A DNA stretch of 64,000 bases, from positions 381-64,380 of the forward strand of contig JAVBLA010000024.1 in NCBI GenBank assembly GCA_031553775.1, read 5' to 3'. Position 1 is the stretch's first letter, and every line of letters begins with the position of its first letter. Source of the stretch: Bacteroidales bacterium (GTDB lineage: Bacteria > Bacteroidota > Bacteroidia > Bacteroidales > Azobacteroidaceae). The position numbers were made by a program, and so were the translations under genes. The notes under the pieces were generated by a model. It made no database searches, had not been told where the DNA came from, and saw only the letters and a list, made by a program, of their open reading frames with translations. Positions 26,354 through 36,487 of this stretch are shown piece by piece.

Positions 26354-29300
26354 CTAATAAACTATTATTTTTGCCGGTATCTGTGCTGATAATGTTTCAA
26401 GTACCAACACATAGGTACCCGGTGCCAGGTAGATATGATAAGGAATGTTATAAATGTCCGAACCTTCTTTCTTGAGGTCCTGCAACACCCGGCCTGTTCC
26501 CGGATGGATCAATCGCAAACGGACCGGGGCTTCTTTTTCCAGTAAAATAGTGGCAGTAAACTGTCCCTGGTTAGGATTCGGACTGACTACATATTGTTTG
26601 ATCAATGGTTGAAAAAGGGGATCCCGGTTATAAAAATATTCCGGTTCCACAACAGTTAGTATTTTATAGCTTTCTTCATAGCACTGGCCGGTATAAGTGC
26701 GTCGTCCTACCATGAATTGTCCATTTTCAGAAATGATGATTTTCAGGATATGATTACCTTCTTCTACTATTTCCAGGGCAGGATCGGGGTTGTACAACCA
26801 CTCAGCCTGCTCCGGATCCGGATCGCTGATGTCTACCAGTACTATCGTATCATTCCTGAAAGTTGTGGATGAAACGATAAATTCTGAACGGACAATAGTT
26901 GATGGTAGCTGATAGACAGACAGTGTATCGCAGGCCCGGCAATTCCGGTTATCGGATATTTGCAGGATATATAAGCCTCTATCTGTCACTGTTATTTTTT
27001 CTCCGGTGGAAAAATACTTTCCGTCCTTAGTCCACAAGAAATCAATTGCATCACCTGTGATTTGCGGAAAAACGATCAGTGACTGACCGGCACATAAAGT
27101 TCGGTCTTCCCCTATATTCAGTTCTAAAGGTGGCGGGTCTTCCAGTATAAATTCCCGGAGAAGTACACAGCCATTCCGGTCCTTCACCTCCAGGTGATAT
27201 ATGCCGGCAGACAAGCCGGAAATACAGGGTGTTGTTTGTCCCGTATGCCATTGATATGTATAATCAGGCACACCTCCGGAAAGATCGACTGCAATACTTC
27301 CATCTTCCGATCGATGGCATACCGGCTGTTCCACACTATATTGTAACTTCATCTGTTCCGGGGAATCTACATGGACTGTCGTTTCCCTGAAACAACCACG
27401 GGCATCACTTACTTTAACCCAATAAGTACCGATTCCGGCTCGGAACAAAGTATCTCCGATCTCACCTGTATTCCATTCAAACAGATAAGGAGTTGTTCCA
27501 CCGGAGGCTGTTACATGTATTTTTTCCGAATGACCATCACTACAACTTATCACAGCATGAGAAGGTACAGGCACAATCTCATCCGGTTGTTCCAGATGAA
27601 AAATCCCGGTTGTATCCACATTGTTATTTTTGTCACTTACAATCAGGAAATAATCGCCTGCGGACAGTTGATCCCAAATGCTGTCATTCGGTTCTAGCCG
27701 GTCTTTTACTTCATTTCCGTCGAGTTCTTTCCAGCGATACCTGTAGGGAAGGCCATTCTCAAAGGGAATGCCCCCTTGTACACGGGCAGATAGCTCTCCG
27801 TCTTTCCATCCGTGACAACTAACCACATGGGTTTCTTCTATGGTGGTAAGCAGAGGTTCAGGTTCAACGAGAATGAATGTATCCCGTAAAATACATCCTT
27901 GCCTATCGGAAAAATAAGCACTGGAGTAATTACGGTCGGTAACTTCCATTGTATAGATGCCCTGTCCCAGAGCAGGTAAAAAGCTGTAAAATTCCCGATC
28001 TGCAGCAAAACTGTGGTAAGATTTTCCGCTGAGATCTTCTCCCGATTCATTCTTCCAGACCACATCATAAAAACCAGCTGTATCCACGGTTCCTCCGCCA
28101 ATAGAGACTTCCAATGAGCCGTCTTTTCTAGCATATCCCAGGGGATGGATGACAGAGCAGTCTATTTTGTGGATGGCCTGTTCCGGTTGCGATATCATGA
28201 TTTCACCCAACACCTTATTTCCTTTGATATCTTTTTCGAAGCAACCATTTCCATCGGTTAGATAAAACAAATATTCTCCGGCCGGAAGCCGGTCTATTTT
28301 ACATACGGAATCTTCCGGTAATTGAAAACGAATGGTTTCAAACTCAGGATCTGCGATCTCTGCCCAATGAATGGAATAGTTTTTCACTCCGCCCCAGGCA
28401 CTGATGGAAAATGCACCATCCATTCCACCGAAACAATGCACATCCCGAAGAATATTTGCATTAAAAGTTACCGGTAGCGGACTTTGAATCAAAGCTTTTA
28501 CCTGATGCCTTGCCGATCCGCTGTAAGTTGTTTTTTGCCGGTAAAAACCGGCAACCCGGATATCGTATAATCCCGGGGAAAGATTAGTGATCACAACAGA
28601 ATCTGCGGCATAGGGATATTCATAATATAACACTTTGTGATTATAATATACTTCCATCTTTTCTTCTGCTATCAGAGAACGGTCGAAATAAACGATCAAC
28701 TGTCCGTTTTCTTCATCATGACACTTGTTGGGAAGCACTTTCACTGTTTTAATAAAAGGAGATGCATAACGTTCACTCAAAGTAATAATATTAGAATAAT
28801 CCATTTCCTTAACGGTTTTCAGGGTTTGATACTTCAACCGGATCATTGTTTGAGAATTGGTTTGCTTCAGGCGGGATTCTGCCAATCCGGCACCATAAAT
28901 ATCCACTGCAGAAAAACGGATTACCGAATCGCCCTGAAAAGCTTGCGGGAGTAAGCTCCAGGTAATTCCGTTATCCCCGGAATACTCCCAGAGATACACA
29001 TCCCTGTGATACCCTGATGGAGCGGCAACTCTAATCTGTTCATCGAAGGGAAGCAGCCGGCTTTCATCTCCCCGGTAAGCAATCCGGATATCTTTCGGAT
29101 AAATGACAATATCGAGGTAACCATACCAGATTTTATACAATCTCCTGTGGGGAGCATATGATTCGCAGGAAGAATCATCACAATAAGAAATCTGCTGGTA
29201 ATTGATTGGTTCATTAACACTCTGTATAGACTGATAGATCCATTCTCCATCATCATTAGATGCATTTTTCAGGCCATATTTGCTGTACATATTGATTCCC

Positions 29301-29578
29301 GTTAACCGTTGTTGCATGTTGTATGTTTTGGTTACGCTCCAATATATCCAGTTATTTTTGTCTGTTCCGTATAAATCGTAATCCAATACTACCTCACCAT
29401 AATAATCATCGTTGATGTGGTGAAGAATAACCAGCTTACTACCATCTCTTGCTGTCCTGCTCTCATAGTGCACCATTCCCCCGGAAAGTCTGACGCCCCA
29501 TTCTCCCGACTGGGAATATACAGTAGCAGTACAAATAAAAAACAGAATAACGCATTTTATTTTTTCCATTTCATTCAT
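26354..29578 (-). CDS. SprB-repeat cell-surface protein with type A T9SS C-terminal sorting domain (gene 3 of operon)
   Basis: At least four C-x-G/D-x-DG ... GG..PY.Y.W repeats, e.g. VSCHGWKDGELSARVQGG...YRYRW and QPVCHRSEDGSIAVDLSGGVPDYTYQW. C-terminus VSPNPNQGQFTATILL...GTYVLVLETL...AKIIVY. Confidence 0.8.
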   Translation of the reverse strand: MNEMEKIKCVILFFICTATVYSQSGEWGVRLSGGMVHYESRTARDGSKLVILHHINDDYYGEVVLDYDLYGTDKNNWIYWSVTKTYNMQQRLTGINMYSKYGLKNASNDDGEWIYQSIQSVNEPINYQQISYCDDSSCESYAPHRRLYKIWYGYLDIVIYPKDIRIAYRGDESRLLPFDEQIRVAAPSGYHRDVYLWEYSGDNGITWSLLPQAFQGDSVIRFSAVDIYGAGLAESRLKQTNSQTMIRLKYQTLKTVKEMDYSNIITLSERYASPFIKTVKVLPNKCHDEENGQLIVYFDRSLIAEEKMEVYYNHKVLYYEYPYAADSVVITNLSPGLYDIRVAGFYRQKTTYSGSARHQVKALIQSPLPVTFNANILRDVHCFGGMDGAFSISAWGGVKNYSIHWAEIADPEFETIRFQLPEDSVCKIDRLPAGEYLFYLTDGNGCFEKDIKGNKVLGEIMISQPEQAIHKIDCSVIHPLGYARKDGSLEVSIGGGTVDTAGFYDVVWKNESGEDLSGKSYHSFAADREFYSFLPALGQGIYTMEVTDRNYSSAYFSDRQGCILRDTFILVEPEPLLTTIEETHVVSCHGWKDGELSARVQGGIPFENGLPYRYRWKELDGNEVKDRLEPNDSIWDQLSAGDYFLIVSDKNNNVDTTGIFHLEQPDEIVPVPSHAVISCSDGHSEKIHVTASGGTTPYLFEWNTGEIGDTLFRAGIGTYWVKVSDARGCFRETTVHVDSPEQMKLQYSVEQPVCHRSEDGSIAVDLSGGVPDYTYQWHTGQTTPCISGLSAGIYHLEVKDRNGCVLLREFILEDPPPLELNIGEDRTLCAGQSLIVFPQITGDAIDFLWTKDGKYFSTGEKITVTDRGLYILQISDNRNCRACDTLSVYQLPSTIVRSEFIVSSTTFRNDTIVLVDISDPDPEQAEWLYNPDPALEIVEEGNHILKIIISENGQFMVGRRTYTGQCYEESYKILTVVEPEYFYNRDPLFQPLIKQYVVSPNPNQGQFTATILLEKEAPVRLRLIHPGTGRVLQDLKKEGSDIYNIPYHIYLAPGTYVLVLETLSAQIPAKIIVY

Positions 29579-31676
29579 ATTTAAGGGTTAAACTTTGTGG
29601 TTTACAGGAACGTTTATCTTTTGTCAACAGAATGATATCATATCGATAAGTGCTTGCCGGATAAAGGTCTTCATCCAGTATTTTAGTTATATCTGCAGAT
29701 AATTCTTTCCATAAAAAACCCGGTTTTCCCTGCACAGACTTATAAATACGAAAAGCAACCGCTTCCGGATGGCGTTGCCAGGCCAGCTCTATGTATCCGT
29801 TTTTCCTATCGGCATAGGCTGTGAAATTGTTCACCTTCAGTATTGTTTTAGAGATTTGCACACATATATTCATCTCCGTAGGAGAAGAGGATATATTATT
29901 GGCTGGATCTATTGCCAGTACACGGTATTCATAACAACCTGAACGAGGTAGTCTATCCGTATGAGATTGTTGCTTCTTATCTCCGATAAACACAGTCACC
30001 GGATCGAGCATACTTCCGGATTCTTTCCGGAGCAAATAATAGGTTGCCTGGTCGGTTTCATCTGTTATCCAGGAAATTGTTACTTGTCCCTCCTCTCCTA
30101 TCTTATAGTCTGTAAAAACAGGTTCTGCCGGAGGAATTTTATCGGGCTTCAAGGCTAAAAAAACGGGAGAAAGATTCGACTCATTATAACGGAAATCAAC
30201 AGAAGAAACGGCATAATATACCTTTTGATTGATGGTTTTCAATGACAAGGTATCCATATATTCATGTTTTGTCAGGATTTGAGGGGTGAGTACAGACATT
30301 TCATCACCCTCCGTAAAAGAGCGGAATACCCGGTAACCTCTCAGGTCATTCTCATGGTTGGGGCTCCAGGATAAATGAGCAATTCCTATGGTGTCTATTT
30401 GTACTAATAAATTTTCAGGAATCATTGGAGGGATGGAATCGATCTGTCGAACCAGGAAAGGCAGTGATATTCTTTTTTCTCCCCGGATGGTATGGGCAGT
30501 AAGCACCCAATAATCGCTTTCCCGGGTCACCGGAAAAGTCCACTCCCTGGCATCCGGTGATATGTATGCAACAATAGGGGAATCGATGTCCTGTAATTCT
30601 TCTCTGCCCTCTATACTGAATGAGACTACTTCTTCCGGGGATTCACAAGTCAGTTTCCAGGAAAGGTTTACCTGATTCCGGCCTATAAATTCCCCTGAAA
30701 TTATTTCCGGCATACAGATTTCCGCGGGCATCCCTACTCCTTTTACGGATTTGGAAGGAGGTCCTTCCCTTCCAAAAGAGTCGATGCCCCGGATCCTGTA
30801 AATATAAACGGTTTGGTTATCCTCCAAAGAATCGGTAAAAAATATTTCCTGCATAGAAGTGAGGGCGGTAAGTGGCAATTCCGTTATCCGGAAAAAACGT
30901 TCCTCCGGTATGGTTTCCGATATGTTCTCAGCTTCATCTACGGAAAAGGCAGCTCTTTCCACATGATAGGAATGGTATTCTCCTGATAATGTTCCGTAAT
31001 TCCAGATCAGTAAAACTGACCGGTTCCCAAAAACAGCTTCAGGAGGCATCGGTTGAGAAAAAGATTTCCGCAAAGCGGTTTCTATCCATACAACAGCGGT
31101 ATCTGCAGATGTTCGCCGGGGCTTATTGATAAATACCCGGTACAAATAGCTGCAACTATCGGATATTTGTTGATCCTCCCACCCCCAACCGGCCAGTAAA
31201 GCTGCCTGGAAATCATATTCCGCCATGAATACCAATGTCAGAAAACGCTGTTGAAGTTCTTCTGCCCGGTTGATTATTCTGGCAATCCCCTTTGACTGAT
31301 TTCCTTCCAGACTGAAACGTTCTCCATACAGAGCCTGTGCGATTACGGCTGCATAATCGGATTGCCGGATATAATCTGTCCATTTCTCCGGTTTTGCAGG
31401 GAATAAAACACTTCCTGCAGGGAGTTCTTTAGACGGATAATCATGCCATCCGGATGTATCTTTCACCACATATTTTTCCAGAACATATCCGTATTTTTTT
31501 CCATCCAGCCAGGAGAGTTCATCTACTGGTGCCCAACGAATTAAAATACTGCTTTCGGTTACACAAGCCTTTATTTTCAGATGAGCATCCGGTTCTGCAT
31601 GTATTTCTGTTGCATAGGTATTTACAACAAAAGTCGTCCATAGCAGGCTGATTAAATGGTGGGGGGTGAAGGTCAT
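29571..31676 (-). CDS. fibronectin type III repeat protein, secreted (gene 2 of operon)
   Basis: N-terminal hydrophobic segment. Several FN3-like units (LSWSPNHENDLRGYRVFRS, VTISWITDE..YYLLRK, IELAWQRHPEAVAFRIYKS). Confidence 0.65.
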   Translation of the reverse strand: MTFTPHHLISLLWTTFVVNTYATEIHAEPDAHLKIKACVTESSILIRWAPVDELSWLDGKKYGYVLEKYVVKDTSGWHDYPSKELPAGSVLFPAKPEKWTDYIRQSDYAAVIAQALYGERFSLEGNQSKGIARIINRAEELQQRFLTLVFMAEYDFQAALLAGWGWEDQQISDSCSYLYRVFINKPRRTSADTAVVWIETALRKSFSQPMPPEAVFGNRSVLLIWNYGTLSGEYHSYHVERAAFSVDEAENISETIPEERFFRITELPLTALTSMQEIFFTDSLEDNQTVYIYRIRGIDSFGREGPPSKSVKGVGMPAEICMPEIISGEFIGRNQVNLSWKLTCESPEEVVSFSIEGREELQDIDSPIVAYISPDAREWTFPVTRESDYWVLTAHTIRGEKRISLPFLVRQIDSIPPMIPENLLVQIDTIGIAHLSWSPNHENDLRGYRVFRSFTEGDEMSVLTPQILTKHEYMDTLSLKTINQKVYYAVSSVDFRYNESNLSPVFLALKPDKIPPAEPVFTDYKIGEEGQVTISWITDETDQATYYLLRKESGSMLDPVTVFIGDKKQQSHTDRLPRSGCYEYRVLAIDPANNISSSPTEMNICVQISKTILKVNNFTAYADRKNGYIELAWQRHPEAVAFRIYKSVQGKPGFLWKELSADITKILDEDLYPASTYRYDIILLTKDKRSCKPQSLTLKYE

Positions 31677-31772
31677 AATTGAAAAATTAAAAATTGAGAA
31701 TCGTTAGATCGGCCTTAGCCAGTTGAAAATTAGTTATGGTGATTTTTGATTGAAAATGATATTTGTTTTGGT
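31677..31772. repeat. intergenic AATTGAR-type repeat, family B
   Basis: AATTGAAAAATTAAAAATTGAGAAT ... AGTTGAAAATTAG ... ATTGAAAATGATATTT. The last 16-mer (31749..31764) is identical to 55345..55360. Confidence 0.55.
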
Positions 31773-34700
31773 TTATTCTCTCCAGTCGATCGGATTATGG
31801 TAATCCAGGTCTTTTGTTGTTCCGGGCTGACCTCCCGGCAAAACATAGCTGAATCTGACAACATAAGATCCTTTGGGAATAAATGGGAAATAGCTGTCAA
31901 TGAGAAATTTCCATTGGGCAAGGTATCCCGTATGCAGGAAGCTATTGATTACCTGAGTTTTCAGATCGTGATAATCCTGCTGATAATATAGCGGCAGGGA
32001 ATAAATGTAAGGCCATGTATGTAGAAACTCCGGTTGATATATTCCTGAAGAAACGGCATACAGGTAGCCATCCAGTAACGGAACAGCCCTGACAGGTGGG
32101 ACTCCCAGCACATCCGGCAAACGGTTCCGGATCGTAATACCGGGATACGGATACCAATCATAAATCAAAGGTTTGATATCTTTCAGGAAGTAGGCATCGT
32201 TGAGTAGTGCTTCCGCCTGTACCAATGGCAATCCGGCAGTATGGACCGTACCAGTGAGTTCTGCCTGATCCAATAATTCGGATGTGGTTTCTGTTTGCAG
32301 CAACAGCGAGCGGATATCCGAATTGACATACCTGGTTGTTCCCGTTAATTGCATATCACTCAATTTTTCCTCAAAAGTAGCATAACGGGAGCTTTCAAAG
32401 CGGTAGTTTAATAACTCCATGGAACCGGACTGGCTGATCCTTTGTGCCATTTTCTGCTTGAATAATAATTCGTAATCTGCTCCATTTTCCTGATCTTCCA
32501 GCACAATTTTCTGAGCTACAATATGATCCTCATCAATTGTTTCCTCCGGACTTTCTGCTCCTTGTTCCTCGTCCATCGATTCATTTTCATCTTCCCCGTC
32601 CCACTCGGAAGCAGCTGCCAGGCGAAGGTAATACCGGGATTCTCTTCCCATTTTTTCAGGAAAGGAAAAAGTAATCCGGGCCTGGGCTTCATCGTAGGTA
32701 AAAGAGCTTGGAACTGTTTTAACTCCCTGTCTCGTACATTTAGCCTGATACACAAATCCTTCCGGGAAAAGATAGCGCTGTCCTTTTTTCAACTGGATGT
32801 AACCGGTAGCCGATTCATTCTGATAAAAATTCTTCTGATCTACTACCGGATAACAATAGGCAATATTTGTAAGCGGAATACGATCGGGTGCATTTCCTGT
32901 TTTGAAAGATACTTTTTTGGTTTCCACAGCATCTTTTCCGCTTTGACGCACCACTTGCCAATTTCCGTTTGCATATTCTTCGAATCTCACCGATACGGAA
33001 GCAAACCATTGTGTTTTAGGCGACAGGATCTCTTTGGAGATAAAAGTTGCTTCGTCTTTTTTAGTATTCCAACGGATGTTTCCTTCCACCAATTGTCCGG
33101 AGGCATTTTTAACCACAAACTCTGCCAATTGAATCCGGTATGTTCTGGTACCGGATTCATCATCCAGGTTGAATGCTTTACCGACAGGCATGCTGAATGT
33201 AGCCTGAGGAGAGGTAAATACATCCACTTCTCCCGATTGATTGGGACTGAGGTCGCTGATCATCGGCATCTCCACCGGAGAATATTCTCCATCTGCCCGA
33301 ACAATTTTACAATCGTCACCCAGGCTTATTTTCATACGCATCCGTCCTTCCAGCAGACCTCCCAGTATATTGACCTCCACTGCCATATAGCCTCCAAACC
33401 AGGTTGGATTGGGTAGTTTTGCCTGTAACAAAGCAGCTGTAGCTCCCCGGATGACCGGTATCGTTTTTTTTAATCCCAGGATTTTGATATTCACTCCCAG
33501 TTCGCCGAGCAAAGCAGCATAACATTGTCCATTGGCATACCAGCCGTCTATCCCTATTTTTTCATTTTTTCCTTCGCAGTAATAATCGCTGTAATCTTTA
33601 AGCATCAAATCAAAACCCAACTCAGATGCAAAACGGGCATAGAGGATCAGGAAATTCATATTTCCGGTATCAAAAGAGAGGTTAGAGCCAAAGGCAAATC
33701 CTTTTCCAAGTCCTATCTGATCGAGATCCTTAGTATATCCGACTTCTTCGGCAGAAAGACCAAGTATTTGGGTGACCAATGCCGGAGGTGCAGGAGAAAC
33801 CGGAATATCGTCACCAATCATCAGGTATGAACCTGACTGCACTGAGAATTTTCCGAAGCCGACCTGCAATCCGATAGGATGTGCCGGTGTTCCTGCATGT
33901 ATATACCATTTTCCGGGAGAAATATGCAGGCAGGCGGCACCGGCAGCATCGCCGGCACCTGTACCATGGATTAATCCACCGGCCACATTTACACTCAGGC
34001 TGAAATTGGCATCAAAACTTCGGGTTGGAAAATCGTATTCCATGGTCAGGTATGCCGTAATACCGTCTTTTTTCTTTTTGGCAGGATACACCATCTGAGC
34101 GATTTCCGATCCGCTCAATCCTTTGGGTAAGCGGGAACTTAGGGATTCACTCATATCGTTGAAATTTTGGGCAGCCTGTGTATAGAGTTCACGGACATTG
34201 TCGAAGACTTCGACGCGATCCATCAGTTTTAGCTGTCCGTAAAAACGGGTTTTACCAATACCTCCTCCATTCAGGAAACAAACTTCAAAAAGAGCATTGC
34301 CATTGGCAATTTTCTTGTCCGCTACGGAAAAAGACATTCCGGCACGGATACCCAAACCACATTTTTCATCCGGAACATATGTCGTCTTTCCCAAAGGATC
34401 TCCTTTTGCCCTGACTTTATAATAAGCTCCTCCGCAAAAACCGTTAATTGATAAAGGTCCGACAGGAATTCCGGGAAATCCGGCATCTCCTTCTACAAAC
34501 CAATACCGGAGACTATCTTTACAGCCGAAATGAGCACTGGCTTTCAATTTCAGTTCATCCGACAAGATGTTAAAGCGAGCCTCCAACGAACCACCTATAT
34601 AATCTCCGTACTCCTTGTCGTCTTCTTCCAACAAAAGACTTCCACTCAACGTAAAACCTTGCAAAGCAATGCTGTCCAGTATGATCTTATCAAGATCAAA

Positions 34701-36242
34701 ACCCTTATATTTCCAATGTTTATCGGCATATTCAGCAGAAAAACCAAATGTAGAACGGGCCGATATTTTATTTTTCATCAGAAGAATTTTCACATCGAAA
34801 TCCAGATTTGCTTTTTTACCGGATGCCTTTAAAGAAATATTTTCAATAGAAAGAGGAAAATGGGCTAAACGGAGATCGCCCTCACAGTCCAGGGACTCCA
34901 CGCTCAGGTAAGGAGATTCAGTAGAAACGGTTAATTTTTTGAAGATAAATTTTTCCAAATGAAGCGCTTTGCCTGCAGAGATTTGCATGTAACCATTCAT
35001 CACGAGACTGGGTTTGAATGTTTGATCTTCCACCAGCATTTGCACATACGATGTTTTTTCTAAATAGACATCGGCCGTACCAAACATATCAATGGACAAT
35101 TTTTCACCCAGGTTTACTTTGAAGAGATACTTTCCTCCCTGTTCAATCAATGCGCTGTAACGCAATGTTTTGATTTTTTCCGTCAAAGGAATTCCCAATT
35201 CTCCGCCAAATCCGAAGCCGGTAATTTTGTTTGCAGTTAAAAACAGTTCCAGATCCGTTACTGAAAAAGCCCATCCGTTTGCATCTCCCTTTTCCAATGG
35301 CAAGACGTCTAAAGCAGAAACACCTCCACTGAGTCCATTCTCGTCTATCAACAGATTTTCACCCTCCAACGCTATGCGTTCGGAAGAGTCTTTTATTTTG
35401 AACTCCGGAGGAAGAACAAGAGAGAATTTATCGATAAAGACGCCTCGCCATTGATTTTTATCAGGATAAGAACAATAGTCTCTGAAATAATTTTTAGGAG
35501 CTGAAAAGGCAGCCGGATTTTCATAGTCACTCAGGTCCAGGGTCGCTTTTTTCACCTCGAAAGTAAAACCTTCCAGGGATTTAATTTCAAAAGGAGCCAG
35601 GGATATTTCAACCAGAAAATGATTCCAATTTTCAATCTCAGCCTTAAAAGAAGAAGTAAGAGTCTTCGGTTCATTTTTACCTGATCCAGCCGGAACAAAA
35701 ATACCCGGATTCATTTCCAGTTCCATCCCGAGGGATAATTTTTTAAATTCCGCATTACAATCAAGGCTCAGGAATGTTTCGGAATTTCCTCTTCCGGTTT
35801 TATCATCTAAAGAACCTTTGATAATCAGGTTTCCCATTTCTCCAAGAGGGATGGTAACATTGCTCAATAATGCCAGTTTGATATCTCCGATCAGATTTCC
35901 ATCAAAAGATATTTGTATGTTTTCGGCACCAAAAACCAGTATGCGCGATTGCTGGGGAACTTCCACCTTAACCAATACGGTAGCTTCTGCATATTCGGGA
36001 TAGAAACGCATATTGGTTATGGCCACTGTAGCAGGCACATTGGCAATCATCTTCCGCATACCCAAAGGAAAGACCGCCGGTTTGTTCAGATCGATATCTT
36101 CTACAAAATTTTTGATCTTTTCAATGAAGGCAAATTTAGACATTGCCCATTCAAGGGAAAATTCAAACGACTGGCTATGACCGTGTAACGGGCAACAAAG
36201 AAAGGCCAGAATCAGGCATAACAGAGAAAAGGTCCGGTTCAT
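31773..36242 (-). CDS. 1489-aa secreted protein with no recognisable domain (gene 1 of operon)
   Basis: ATG at 36242 gives MNRTFSLLCLILAFLCCPLHGHSQ (signal peptide). Uninterrupted ORF, beta-rich composition. I recognise no family signature. Confidence 0.75.
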   Translation of the reverse strand: MNRTFSLLCLILAFLCCPLHGHSQSFEFSLEWAMSKFAFIEKIKNFVEDIDLNKPAVFPLGMRKMIANVPATVAITNMRFYPEYAEATVLVKVEVPQQSRILVFGAENIQISFDGNLIGDIKLALLSNVTIPLGEMGNLIIKGSLDDKTGRGNSETFLSLDCNAEFKKLSLGMELEMNPGIFVPAGSGKNEPKTLTSSFKAEIENWNHFLVEISLAPFEIKSLEGFTFEVKKATLDLSDYENPAAFSAPKNYFRDYCSYPDKNQWRGVFIDKFSLVLPPEFKIKDSSERIALEGENLLIDENGLSGGVSALDVLPLEKGDANGWAFSVTDLELFLTANKITGFGFGGELGIPLTEKIKTLRYSALIEQGGKYLFKVNLGEKLSIDMFGTADVYLEKTSYVQMLVEDQTFKPSLVMNGYMQISAGKALHLEKFIFKKLTVSTESPYLSVESLDCEGDLRLAHFPLSIENISLKASGKKANLDFDVKILLMKNKISARSTFGFSAEYADKHWKYKGFDLDKIILDSIALQGFTLSGSLLLEEDDKEYGDYIGGSLEARFNILSDELKLKASAHFGCKDSLRYWFVEGDAGFPGIPVGPLSINGFCGGAYYKVRAKGDPLGKTTYVPDEKCGLGIRAGMSFSVADKKIANGNALFEVCFLNGGGIGKTRFYGQLKLMDRVEVFDNVRELYTQAAQNFNDMSESLSSRLPKGLSGSEIAQMVYPAKKKKDGITAYLTMEYDFPTRSFDANFSLSVNVAGGLIHGTGAGDAAGAACLHISPGKWYIHAGTPAHPIGLQVGFGKFSVQSGSYLMIGDDIPVSPAPPALVTQILGLSAEEVGYTKDLDQIGLGKGFAFGSNLSFDTGNMNFLILYARFASELGFDLMLKDYSDYYCEGKNEKIGIDGWYANGQCYAALLGELGVNIKILGLKKTIPVIRGATAALLQAKLPNPTWFGGYMAVEVNILGGLLEGRMRMKISLGDDCKIVRADGEYSPVEMPMISDLSPNQSGEVDVFTSPQATFSMPVGKAFNLDDESGTRTYRIQLAEFVVKNASGQLVEGNIRWNTKKDEATFISKEILSPKTQWFASVSVRFEEYANGNWQVVRQSGKDAVETKKVSFKTGNAPDRIPLTNIAYCYPVVDQKNFYQNESATGYIQLKKGQRYLFPEGFVYQAKCTRQGVKTVPSSFTYDEAQARITFSFPEKMGRESRYYLRLAAASEWDGEDENESMDEEQGAESPEETIDEDHIVAQKIVLEDQENGADYELLFKQKMAQRISQSGSMELLNYRFESSRYATFEEKLSDMQLTGTTRYVNSDIRSLLLQTETTSELLDQAELTGTVHTAGLPLVQAEALLNDAYFLKDIKPLIYDWYPYPGITIRNRLPDVLGVPPVRAVPLLDGYLYAVSSGIYQPEFLHTWPYIYSLPLYYQQDYHDLKTQVINSFLHTGYLAQWKFLIDSYFPFIPKGSYVVRFSYVLPGGQPGTTKDLDYHNPIDWRE

Positions 36243-36388
36243 AGATGGTTTTGCTAATGCATACAAAGTCCTGTGAGAACATTGCACACAACGGTTAATG
36301 CATTTTGGTTAAACAATCTGATGTTTATGTGATTTATTTTTCAGAGGAAAGAAAATAAAATTCACATAGCCAGGTTTTGTTTCTGAGG

Positions 36389-36396
36389 CAAAGGTA
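36389..36396 (-). promoter_or_regulatory. putative -7 box (TACCTTTG on minus strand) for the six-gene operon
   Basis: Only TAnnTTTG match between 36243 and the REP-like palindrome; 146 nt upstream of the ATG. Confidence 0.4.
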
Positions 36397-36487
36397 AATG
36401 AATATTTAGAAAAGCAAAATAAATTAAAGAAATTTAACTAAAAATCAATTTTTAATACTAAAGGGAGTCATCAAAATATAAAAAAAA

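Noticed and set aside
32523-33416. 297-aa plus-strand ORF, and similar ORFs at 33525-34098, 34530-34911 and 35170-36188
   Set aside because: All lie antisense within the 1489-aa gene and have shadow-frame composition. The long minus-strand ORF is uninterrupted and has a proper signal peptide.
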